A stretch of DNA of 12,409 nucleotides, taken from contig JAYGCN010000139.1 in NCBI GenBank assembly GCA_046583315.1, positions 1-12,409 on the forward strand. Direction: 5' to 3'. Position 1 is the first letter of the stretch, and each line of letters opens with the position of its first letter. Of the stretch, positions 1-7,182 are shown piece after piece. Both the position numbers and the translations under genes were made by a program. The notes under the pieces are model-generated. The model was not told the origin of the DNA. It saw only the letters and a list, made by a program, of their open reading frames with translations, and made no database searches. This stretch comes from Candidatus Hydrogenedentota bacterium. GTDB taxonomy: Bacteria > Hydrogenedentota > Hydrogenedentia > Hydrogenedentales > GCA-2746185.

Positions 1-298
1 CCCCGCCGCTCACAAGAATCCCTTGCACCACCGATTCCAAATACCCGCTCCCTCCCGGCGGAGCAACATCAAGGTCATACGTACCATCGCTCACGGTGAA
101 GCTGTAGTCGCCGTTGACGTCGGTCGTGTCGGTATCAAGAACAGCTTGCGTGCCGTTGTCGAGCAACGTGACGATGGTGTTGGGAAGCGGGTTGCTGCCG
201 CCGAAGATAGTGCCGCTCAGCGTGTGTGCGGAGGCGCTGGACGCAGCGAACGCTAGGCTTAGAATCACGGCGGATATTCTGTTTTGAACCGAGTGGAT
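1..298 (-). CDS. Secreted protein with carboxypeptidase-regulatory-like / Cna-B (SdrD-B-like) beta-sandwich domain, 5' part only (runs off the left edge)
   Basis: Not in the ORF track. Open minus frame reads (I/M)HSVQNRISAVILSLAFAASSASA-HTLSGTIFGGSNPLPNTIVTLLDNGTQAVLDTDTTDVNGDYSFTVSDGTYDLDVAPPGGSGYLES. This is a signal peptide with an A-S-A cleavage site followed by the LSG..PL....V.L...TTD.NG.YSF...G.Y.L pattern. Start uncertain: ATC at 298 or GTG at 268. Confidence 0.8.
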   Translation of the reverse strand, partial: MHSVQNRISAVILSLAFAASSASAHTLSGTIFGGSNPLPNTIVTLLDNGTQAVLDTDTTDVNGDYSFTVSDGTYDLDVAPPGGSGYLESVVQGILVSGG

Positions 299-305
299 GA
301 CGAGA

Positions 306-354
306 CTCCCTATTGCTCTTTTTATATTATGGCGGATAGCGTCTTACGAGGCAA
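306..354 (-). promoter_or_regulatory. Sigma70-like promoter and RBS for the left-edge gene
   Basis: -35 TTGCCT (354-349), 17-bp spacer, -10 CATAAT (331-326); SD GGGAG at 310-306. Confidence 0.6.
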
Positions 355-381
355 CACCAAAGTGGGCTTGGGGAAAAAATT

Positions 382-430
382 ACCGGGTATGATACCCACA
401 ACGGGTTGAAATAGGGTGCAATCGGGTATA
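382..430. repeat. Putative integrase arm/accessory-factor binding sites upstream of the tRNA-Val fragment
   Basis: Inverted repeat GGGTAT-G-ATACCC (385-397), then ~10-bp-phased direct repeats AACGGGTTGA (400-409), ATAGGGTGCA (411-420), ATCGGGTATA (421-430). Confidence 0.45.
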
Positions 431-504
431 CACTTATGCAAGAGGAAATTCAGAATCCCCTGTGTTTCCTATACATTTGAAGCCGCTGCGCTTCCCTGTG
501 GGTC

Positions 505-550
505 CTTGACATGCAAGAAGTCGGCGGTTCGAGTCCGGTCGTCCCCGCCA
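505..550 (+). mobile_element. att-like 3' fragment of tRNA-Val(GAC), degenerate
   Basis: Anticodon loop TTGACAT (506-512), 3' stem strand GCAAG, variable region AAGTC, T-arm GGCGG-TTCGAGT-CCGGT (one mismatch), acceptor strand CGTCCCC, G, CCA (548-550). No matching 5' acceptor strand or D-arm upstream. Confidence 0.75.
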
Positions 551-610
551 CAAGATACCCGCCGCGACCCCCTCAGAAGCGAATCTACTTCTAAAGAATT
601 GGATAGACTG

Positions 611-805
611 TCATCCCGCCCCGGGAAACTGAATAACATTAATCCGGTCCTCCTCGCTGAGCAGCGCGTCTAAATAACTGTCCCACTTGTTCAACGCGTT
701 TCGAATATCCTTCGGCGAATGCGATGCCGCATAATGCCGCTGTGTCACCCCCTGCGGCGCGTGGTTCAGAACCTGCCCGACCACGTCGGTGTGGATACTG
801 AGCCG
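611..805 (-). pseudogene. Tyrosine recombinase/integrase C-terminal remnant
   Basis: RLSIHTDVVGQVLNHAPQGVTQRHYA...DIRNALNKWDSYLDALL...NVIQF matches the box II LNH...Y catalytic segment and the R.AL..W tail of P4-like island integrases. The HxxR motif and everything N-terminal to it are missing. Confidence 0.8.
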
Positions 806-831
806 CTCGTTCGACACACACGAATCCCCAA

Positions 832-900
832 ACAGGTAGTCTACCTGTGAAGGCTTGTAATCGACTACAAATTGGTGCAAAATGTGTGAAGAGTGCGAAG
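832..900. repeat. Putative integrase arm/accessory-factor binding sites upstream of the tRNA-Pro fragment
   Basis: Perfect inverted repeat ACAGGTAG-T-CTACCTGT (832-848), quasi-palindrome TTGTAaTCGAcTACAA (855-870), then phased repeats ATTGGTGCAA / AATGTGTGAA / GAGTGCGAAG (871-900). Confidence 0.45.
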
Positions 901-951
901 CATTCTACACCGAAAACATTGGAGTTGCACTGTTCAGCATTCTTTCGGAGC

Positions 952-999
952 ACGTTCGGAACGTAGAGGCCGGAGGTTCAAATCCTCTCACCCCGACCA
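952..999 (+). mobile_element. att-like 3' fragment of tRNA-Pro(CGG)
   Basis: ACG-TTCGGAA-CGTAG (anticodon CGG at 957-959; only 3 bp of the stem pair), AGGCC, T-arm GGAGG-TTCAAAT-CCTCT, acceptor strand CACCCCG-A-CCA typical of tRNA-Pro. The expected 5' CGGGGTG strand and D-arm are absent. Confidence 0.85.
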
Positions 1000-1169
1000 T
1001 TTTGCTACCCCTATTGCCTTCTCCAATTGGCGCACACCCACCTCTTCCCAACGCAGCGATCTCTGAAACCCGTACCTCAGCAATTCCCCTTTTGTTTACC
1101 ACCGCTCGGAATATGGTGTATTTCGAGGCTATTGGAGTCGGTTCAATCCGAAATAAATCCGAGTCTAGC

Positions 1170-1329
1170 TGCGATCAGGGGGAATTGCGACCGCACGACC
1201 ACACACCAGACTCGACCTATGGTCCGAGCACAATCCCGATACCTCCAGGAATATTGGGGAGTTGAAGAGGTAACCGTTCTGGACACCGAGGTGCTCGACG
1301 AGCTGAAATCCCTCGGTTACGTCGACTAA
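1170..1329 (+). pseudogene. Probable C-terminal remnant of a sulfatase-like/alkaline-phosphatase-superfamily gene
   Basis: Ends LDTEVLDELKSLGYVD*, the L(R/K)xLGY tail common in such proteins. Upstream bits in other frames (DQGELRP, RLDLW) resemble the DPGE and L..W motifs. No good start or RBS. Confidence 0.45.
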
Positions 1330-1357
1330 AAGCTCGCCGGCAAACTATTGCACCGAA

Positions 1358-1385
1358 CCGACCTGCCCCGAGCGAGACAGGTCGG
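1358..1385 (-). terminator. Hairpin downstream of the di-haem protein gene (putative terminator or mRNA-stabilising stem)
   Basis: Minus strand CCGACCTGTCTC-GCTC-GGGGCAGGTCGG forms a 12-bp stem with two G-U pairs, 17 nt after the stop codon; the U-tract is weak. Confidence 0.5.
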
Positions 1386-1402
1386 CCCAATAACAACTTC
1401 CC

Positions 1403-4348
1403 CTAGAGCTCGTCGTGATCGAACACGCCGTCTTCGTTGTAATCTACGCCAAACCGGATACCCAATCCCGGAGGAACGACCGTAAAGGTAACGGGTGAAT
1501 CAGAGCTTGCCAGTGCAACCAGTTCTTCGAGCGTATGCATCTCGGCAGCACAATCCGATTGCCAGACAGAACTCAATCCTGTACCCGACAGATAAAGCCA
1601 GCCGCGACGGGAAAATATTTCCACGTCGTCGATGACTTCACTCGTTTTACCCTTCGCGATGATCTCAACCACGCCGGTACCCGCGTCAAAAATACGATCC
1701 AGCAATCCGCTTACATCGTCACCCACATCATCAATGGTCAACTGCCAACCCACCGATGCATGGGCATCCTTGCTGGTCTGGAACGAGGTCGGTTCAGTCG
1801 GCAGACCCAGCACAGGAAACTCCTGCCCCTCGGCAAATATATCGAAATCCGAACCCGCAAACGCCTTCATCAGTGCCGCCAAATCAGAGAGATCCTGATC
1901 GCTCGTCACGTCAAAGACTGGTGATGAAAGGAACGAAACAATCGTATCGATGGCACCGTCATGAAGGACTCCGAATCCAGCCCGGCTGGGACCTGCGGGA
2001 TCCGTCGCCGCATGGGAATAGTCCATACCAATTTTATCATATTGATTACGTAACTGCGGAACCTTGATGTTGATATTGCTCAATCCATCGTTATTCGTCA
2101 TGCCGATGTGACGGTTGCCGTCGGCATCCGGCGGAATCTGAACAAACGAAAATGTCAAGAAGCTAAAGTCACTGTCAGGACCGTTGCCCAGCGGCAAGGT
2201 GTGACAACTCACGCAATTCAGCGTACTGTCCAAAGTCCGGTCGGCCAACTCAGAGGGATTCCCCATGTAGAGCTTGAGCCCACGCACGGCATCGCCATTC
2301 GGCATGGCCGCTCCGCGAGGCAACGCAAAGCGCCCCGAAGCATACTGATAAGGGAGCGGTACATCGGTCGGTAACGTATTATCCAAATTACGGAAGGGGT
2401 TCGGCGGGAAAAAGACCGTCGCCAAATAGTCCTTGAACTCCTGCATTTCCTGCGCTGTCAACCCGGCATTGCCCGCTCCAGGCAGATCGTCCGCCCCTTG
2501 CAGATCCACAAAAGCAGGATTGAAGGCCTCGATTCCACGTCGATCACCACGCCAGTGGAACGGCTCCGTCGAAATGATATCCTGCAACGTTTGCGTCGTC
2601 ATCGGCCCCTTCATAGGATGCGGATCGACATAACGAGAAGCACTACCACCCAATATAAATTTGTTTTCCTCATTGTCTGATACCGCCAGTCCTTCCGGCG
2701 CACCCAAATCCCAACCCAATCGGTCCGTGCGCGTATCCACGTGACACGATGCGCAGGCGATCTGACCCAGACCGGAGTTCTTGTGCGTGTCGAACAAATG
2801 CTTACGTCCAACCTTGATGACCTCGGGTGTCGGGTCGAAGAAGGAAACAACAGCCGTCTCCGTCGTGGAATAGGGATTCACAACAGAAATAGAGCCATCG
2901 AAACGATTCAATACATATATTCGATCATTCTTTTGCTGTTTCTTCGAAGGACGATCATGGTACACAACGCCTGTAGGCCCTTCCTGTACCTCCACCGTCA
3001 CGCCTTCGGAGACGCGCGAACCGTCGGAGGCATTGAGTATCGTGAGGTTGTTCGATCCCATACCAGTCACATAATACCTCGAGCCGTCAGCATCAAAAGC
3101 GACCCCGCGCGGGTCACCCACCGATTTGTCGCGCTCACTTTGGGCAACGCTGGAGGTGCTGTAGGCCATGCCTCCTTGTGCAGCAGCCAAATGAGCCTCA
3201 TTAATATCGCGTGGAGTTCCGCCCTGCACGGTACCACCGCTCACCAATGCGGTAATTACTTTCGTGAAGATACCCGTGATATTCGGCTCGAATCGAAGAG
3301 TATTCGTCGCATCCGTACCCGCCACCGCGACCGTGCCGTCGGCAGAAACATCCAAGGCCATCACGATGTTCATCAAACCCTCGGTGATGCTGGAAATCGT
3401 GTCGCTCGCCGTATCAATGCAGATGAGGTCATTGTCGAGCATATCCCAGCCCGGCACGCGCCCCGACTTTGCAGCACCCGGACCAGAAATGAAGTTCGTC
3501 CAATCCACATCGTTGTCATCGCGCCACGTACCGTCATCCTGCTTTTGAACCATGTGTGACACGCGTGGACCGATGCCTTCGACACCGATTTCCGGAGAGA
3601 AGTGAAGTGGATCGAAAGTAGTGATGTCGCCCGGAACGAATCCCGGAGGCAACACATTCGGCGGAGGACTCACCCCGGCATAAGGACCAGAAGGATCGCT
3701 TACACCATTTACGATAGGCGGATTAATCAGCGTCTGACCGAAACTACCATCGCCCAGTCCACCCGAGATGATGGTCGACTTGTTCCCCGATTCGAACACC
3801 GCGACATATACCTTATCACCAGAGGCCGTCACGCCAAGCGCGCGGGGATCTTCACCCGGGATCGCAATAGGACTGCCCGCCGTTTCCTCACCAGTGTTCA
3901 CATCAAAAATCTGCACCAGGTCGGCCTGCGAACACGACACATAGGCTTTGCCAAAATCTTCGCCACCAAAAACAACATCGGCGGGCTCATCCGCAGTGTG
4001 TATCGTTCGCACCACACATCCCAAACGCAAATCAACAACGCTCACCGTATCCGAAATCTGGTTAACGACCCAGACTTCGAACTTCGTGCGAAAACGGACC
4101 GACACAGGATCATAACCAACCGCAATCGTGTCCTTATGAACCGGTCTGCCGCTCGCTACCTTAAACACTTCAATCGTGTTCGCCGAAGTATTGCACACCA
4201 CCAGATCATTCTTCATGAGATCCATCGGATGGACGTGCGGCGATTCAAAGTTTATGTATGAAAAATCCGCAAATGTGCCCGTGCCAAATCCGGCAATCCC
4301 TACCGCCAACACCCACATCGCCACCCGTCGAAACTGAAAAACTATCAT
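1403..4348 (-). CDS. Secreted YVTN/YncE-type beta-propeller fused to a di-haem cytochrome c peroxidase/MauG-superfamily domain
   Basis: Signal peptide ending TFA; propeller blades (VGYDPVSV, VWVVNQISDTVSVVD, DEPADVVF, GEDPRAL, GDPRGVAF, EGPTGVV, IYVLNRFDGSISVV); CASCH (2741-2755) and CVSCH (2201-2215); FHWRGDR, KVPQLRN and LHDG motifs; C-terminal DYNEDGVFDHDE Ca-loop-like motif. ATG at 4348 preferred because GAGGG lies 6 nt upstream. Confidence 0.88.
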   Translation of the reverse strand: MIVFQFRRVAMWVLAVGIAGFGTGTFADFSYINFESPHVHPMDLMKNDLVVCNTSANTIEVFKVASGRPVHKDTIAVGYDPVSVRFRTKFEVWVVNQISDTVSVVDLRLGCVVRTIHTADEPADVVFGGEDFGKAYVSCSQADLVQIFDVNTGEETAGSPIAIPGEDPRALGVTASGDKVYVAVFESGNKSTIISGGLGDGSFGQTLINPPIVNGVSDPSGPYAGVSPPPNVLPPGFVPGDITTFDPLHFSPEIGVEGIGPRVSHMVQKQDDGTWRDDNDVDWTNFISGPGAAKSGRVPGWDMLDNDLICIDTASDTISSITEGLMNIVMALDVSADGTVAVAGTDATNTLRFEPNITGIFTKVITALVSGGTVQGGTPRDINEAHLAAAQGGMAYSTSSVAQSERDKSVGDPRGVAFDADGSRYYVTGMGSNNLTILNASDGSRVSEGVTVEVQEGPTGVVYHDRPSKKQQKNDRIYVLNRFDGSISVVNPYSTTETAVVSFFDPTPEVIKVGRKHLFDTHKNSGLGQIACASCHVDTRTDRLGWDLGAPEGLAVSDNEENKFILGGSASRYVDPHPMKGPMTTQTLQDIISTEPFHWRGDRRGIEAFNPAFVDLQGADDLPGAGNAGLTAQEMQEFKDYLATVFFPPNPFRNLDNTLPTDVPLPYQYASGRFALPRGAAMPNGDAVRGLKLYMGNPSELADRTLDSTLNCVSCHTLPLGNGPDSDFSFLTFSFVQIPPDADGNRHIGMTNNDGLSNINIKVPQLRNQYDKIGMDYSHAATDPAGPSRAGFGVLHDGAIDTIVSFLSSPVFDVTSDQDLSDLAALMKAFAGSDFDIFAEGQEFPVLGLPTEPTSFQTSKDAHASVGWQLTIDDVGDDVSGLLDRIFDAGTGVVEIIAKGKTSEVIDDVEIFSRRGWLYLSGTGLSSVWQSDCAAEMHTLEELVALASSDSPVTFTVVPPGLGIRFGVDYNEDGVFDHDEL

Positions 4349-4371
4349 TGCCAACCCTCGCTCTCTTCTAG

Positions 4372-4521
4372 TTATGGATACATTCCATCCGAAAAGATGG
4401 TCATACTCCCGACAGAACCGTTCATGTTTATGTCCGATCCATTCTTAAGCGTCACGTCTGCAGTCGCTGATAAAATAATCAATAGTGTAGGAATTGCGAG
4501 ACAAAATATACGATAGTTCAT
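4372..4521 (-). CDS. Unannotated 49-aa small protein with a signal-peptide-like N-terminus
   Basis: MNYRIFCLAIPTLLIILSATA-DVTLKNGSDINMNGSVGSMTIFSDGMYP*; SD GAGGAG (4534-4529) 7 nt before the ATG; stop lies 23 nt upstream of the next gene's ATG. Confidence 0.65.
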   Translation of the reverse strand: MNYRIFCLAIPTLLIILSATADVTLKNGSDINMNGSVGSMTIFSDGMYP

Positions 4522-4572
4522 GGATTGGCTCCTCGGGATATTCTACCAATAGGCGTTATGAGAGTACCTAAC

Positions 4573-4600
4573 AGTATAACCCTAAAACGGGAACTTGCAA
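4573..4600 (-). promoter_or_regulatory. Sigma70-like promoter for the small ORF/di-haem protein operon
   Basis: -35 TTGCAA (4600-4595), 16-bp spacer, -10 TATACT (4578-4573). Confidence 0.55.
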
Positions 4601-4693
4601 CAGGCCCTTCGATCCGGGCCAGAATGAATTTCGCACGCCAGAGAGAGCTTTCATCGCAAGCAATCGCTGCTCCCGCAACACATACCCTCCACC

Positions 4694-5443
4694 CTATTCC
4701 CAGCGAAATATCTTCGTCGAGACGGCGAGCGCGAGGACGAAGGTCGTGATCAGCGCAAAAATGGCGACCGTCTGATCGGCCCAGGCCCCGCCCTGCCAGA
4801 TGCCGTTAAGCAGGTTGACGACGTGGTTCATCGGAGAGAGATTCGCGACGGTCACCACAAACACGTTCGACATTTCGTCGATCGGCAAAAATATCGGCGA
4901 GAAAATCAGCATGGGAACCAGGATAAACGTCGCCAAGGGTTGTGCGAAACGTGCCGTGGGGACGAGACTCGCTATTACGAATCCAATCGACATCAGGCAG
5001 GTAAAACTGAATATGATTGCAACAACGAAACTGAATATATTGAGCTCCGGCTCGATAGCGCCCAAAGATCTTCCCGCCACCATCAGCAGCGTCAGGCTAA
5101 GCGCCGTGATCGAAAGTTTCACCAGAACATGCGCCGTAAGAATCGTGTAGGGTCGCAGCGGCGTGGCGCGAAGACGTTTCAGAATCCCACCTTCACGATA
5201 GATAGCGATGATCGTAATGAGCGAGGTCACATTGCTCAATCCGATAAACACAATGGCCATCACCGGCAACGGAACCCGTATCTGGCCGTACCTCGAAGTG
5301 TCGCCGTCGGCCACCACGGACGGCATCATGCCCAGCACCAAGAACAGCACAACCGGAAAGACCAGGGCACTGATCGATCCCATCGGCTCGCGCATGAACA
5401 CCTTGAACTCAATCCACGTCAGTGTTTGTAGCCCTCTTAACAT
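4694..5443 (-). CDS. ABC-2 type exporter permease
   Basis: About six hydrophobic segments; REGGILKRLRATPL motif, SPIFLPIDEM, LSPMNH and FRWE C-terminus; directly downstream of the ATPase gene. Confidence 0.92.
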   Translation of the reverse strand: MLRGLQTLTWIEFKVFMREPMGSISALVFPVVLFLVLGMMPSVVADGDTSRYGQIRVPLPVMAIVFIGLSNVTSLITIIAIYREGGILKRLRATPLRPYTILTAHVLVKLSITALSLTLLMVAGRSLGAIEPELNIFSFVVAIIFSFTCLMSIGFVIASLVPTARFAQPLATFILVPMLIFSPIFLPIDEMSNVFVVTVANLSPMNHVVNLLNGIWQGGAWADQTVAIFALITTFVLALAVSTKIFRWE

Positions 5444-5466
5444 CGTTATCTCCGCCGATCCATCAG

Positions 5467-6384
5467 TTAGTCCCGAATTCCATGACCAGTAAGTTTAAGA
5501 AAAACATCTTCCAGGTTCGGATACTCCGTACGAAAATCGAGTACCGGGATATTTCGATCCGCGATGCAATGAATCACCTGCGACACGAACGATTCTCCCA
5601 CCCCATCAAGTCGGATTTCAATGCCATTTTGCTTCGCGTCCGACAACGATTCAATAGAGCGATACTGGGTCAAATCGGCATCTCCGTCCACAGAAAACAC
5701 CACGCTGCGTTCCGGACAATGCTCCTTCACCAAGTCCGCAGGAGATCCCAGTGCAATAATTTCGCCGTGCTCAATGATGGCTACGCGGTCGCACAACCGT
5801 TCAGCCTCTTCCATCAGATGCGTCGTCAAGAAAACCGTCTTGCCACGCCGTTTCACATCCAGAACCATATCCCAAATAGCGCGGCGCGCCTGCGGATCCA
5901 ATCCGGTCGTCAATTCATCCCAAAAAACCAGATCCGGATCGTTGATCAACGATAACGCGACAAAAAGCCGCTGTTTTTGGCCACCCGAAAGATTCATGAA
6001 CCACGTATTGCGTTTATCTCCCAGCCCCAATCGCTCCAGCAACGCATCCGCATCCACCGGGTTGGGATACAACGATGCCCACAGATGCACCGCCTCCCCC
6101 ACCTTGATGCGTTTCTGCAATTCGGACTCCTGCAACTGCACACCAATGCGCTCATTCAATGCCGAGGAGTCCAGCTGCGGATCAATACCGAACAAGGTCA
6201 CCGTGCCGCTGTCACGCTTCCGCACCCCCTCAACGCATTCCATGGTCGTCGTTTTGCCCGCGCCATTGGGGCCAAGTAAGCCGAAGATTTCCCCCTCGAA
6301 AACATCAAACGATATGCCCGCTACAGCCAACGTGTCGTCGTAGCGCTTGACAATTTCCCTCACTTCTATAATCGATTTGCTCAT
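5467..6384 (-). CDS. ABC transporter ATP-binding protein (DrrA/ABC-2 type)
   Basis: Walker A GPNGAGKTT, signature LSGGQ, Walker B LVFWDE, TTGLDP, TTH switch, C-terminal LEDVFLKLTG. Start at the MSKSII ATG (6384) with AAGGGG upstream. Confidence 0.95.
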   Translation of the reverse strand: MSKSIIEVREIVKRYDDTLAVAGISFDVFEGEIFGLLGPNGAGKTTTMECVEGVRKRDSGTVTLFGIDPQLDSSALNERIGVQLQESELQKRIKVGEAVHLWASLYPNPVDADALLERLGLGDKRNTWFMNLSGGQKQRLFVALSLINDPDLVFWDELTTGLDPQARRAIWDMVLDVKRRGKTVFLTTHLMEEAERLCDRVAIIEHGEIIALGSPADLVKEHCPERSVVFSVDGDADLTQYRSIESLSDAKQNGIEIRLDGVGESFVSQVIHCIADRNIPVLDFRTEYPNLEDVFLKLTGHGIRD

Positions 6385-6446
6385 AAGCCCCTTGATTGGC
6401 GGACAACCATACAAACTCTCACGGAATCCCTACGCGAACAGCCCGA

Positions 6447-6475
6447 ATTATAGCCAAGCAGCCAGGGCTCGTCAA
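6447..6475 (-). promoter_or_regulatory. Near-consensus sigma70 promoter for the ABC operon
   Basis: -35 TTGACG (6475-6470), 17-bp spacer, -10 TATAAT (6452-6447). Confidence 0.8.
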
Positions 6476-6552
6476 TTCGAGAATTTACTTTCTTTTTTTT
6501 GATACGCTACATGCCGAATCCGTTGATTTACGAACTAACAGGAGATGACAAC

Positions 6553-6990
6553 ATGGACACTTCCGTTATTAAAGAAGCCTGGAGCCCTATCTCGAATCAA
6601 ATGTCATTGTCCGCATCCCTCAGCGACGCATGGCTCGAGGCACTCGTTGAAGTAGGCACCGCAACAAAGGTCAATGCCGGTGATACCATCATCTCCGTTC
6701 TCGATGCCAATACAAAGATCGGTTATCTTCTAATCAGCGGAGAATATTGCGTGCAAAAACCGGGAGACCCCGAACTCATCAAATCGGCACCCGAATTGCT
6801 CGGCGAGATGGCGGAACTGAATCCATCCGGAGCTAGAATCGCGAAAGTGCGCGCATCGACCGAAATTAGGATGATTTCATTCGGATGGGAGAAAATGAAC
6901 GCCGCCCTGCACGAGCGACTCGACGGTCATGATTTCGCCACACTAACCGAAGGCCTCAAACAATACGCCTGGGATCATTTCGTGGAGTAA
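6553..6990 (+). CDS. Stand-alone cyclic-nucleotide-binding domain protein
   Basis: AGDTII...GYLLISG...LLGEMAEL...ARIAKVRA phosphate-binding-cassette pattern; no HTH. ATG at 6553 follows SD AGGAG. Confidence 0.8.
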   Translation: MDTSVIKEAWSPISNQMSLSASLSDAWLEALVEVGTATKVNAGDTIISVLDANTKIGYLLISGEYCVQKPGDPELIKSAPELLGEMAELNPSGARIAKVRASTEIRMISFGWEKMNAALHERLDGHDFATLTEGLKQYAWDHFVE

Positions 6991-7081
6991 GTCCAAGCGT
7001 CCCGAAATAGGAGTACCCAGCAATTCCATCAAGAATCCACTAGTTACACAATAGTGTCCAATACAACCTCCTTAGCGACTC

Positions 7082-7135
7082 GTGAAACAGTATTCACCCT
7101 GAGTATTGACAGAGTAGTTCGCTTAATGATAGTAC
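7082..7135 (+). promoter_or_regulatory. Promoter and possible operator upstream of the beta-barrel gene
   Basis: Consensus -35 TTGACA (7106-7111) with weak -10 candidates GATAGT or TAGTAC; dyad GTGAA-N6-TTCAC at 7082-7097. Confidence 0.45.
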
Positions 7136-7182
7136 TAGAGTTTTGGATTTCCAGAATACTTCATGGATAAAGGAGAATCGAA

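Noticed and set aside
23..256. Plus-strand 77-aa ORF
   Set aside because: Antisense to the better-supported secreted-protein frame.
611..880. Intact 89-aa protein
   Set aside because: The first ~25 residues translate the palindromic arm-site DNA; only the rest is integrase-like and it lacks the rest of the catalytic domain.
470..999. Two complete tRNA genes (Val, Pro)
   Set aside because: No 5' acceptor strands or D-arms and incomplete anticodon stems. The Val copy has a T-stem mismatch and a G discriminator; the Pro copy has A rather than G at position 37.
4603..4620. GGCCC/GGGCC hairpin as terminator of the ABC operon
   Set aside because: Only a 5-bp stem with an 8-nt loop and no U-tract.
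1535..6350. Long plus-strand ORFs (e.g. 2741-3559, 3602-4261, 4823-5431, 5621-6343)
   Set aside because: Antisense shadows of well-supported minus-strand genes, with no recognisable motifs.
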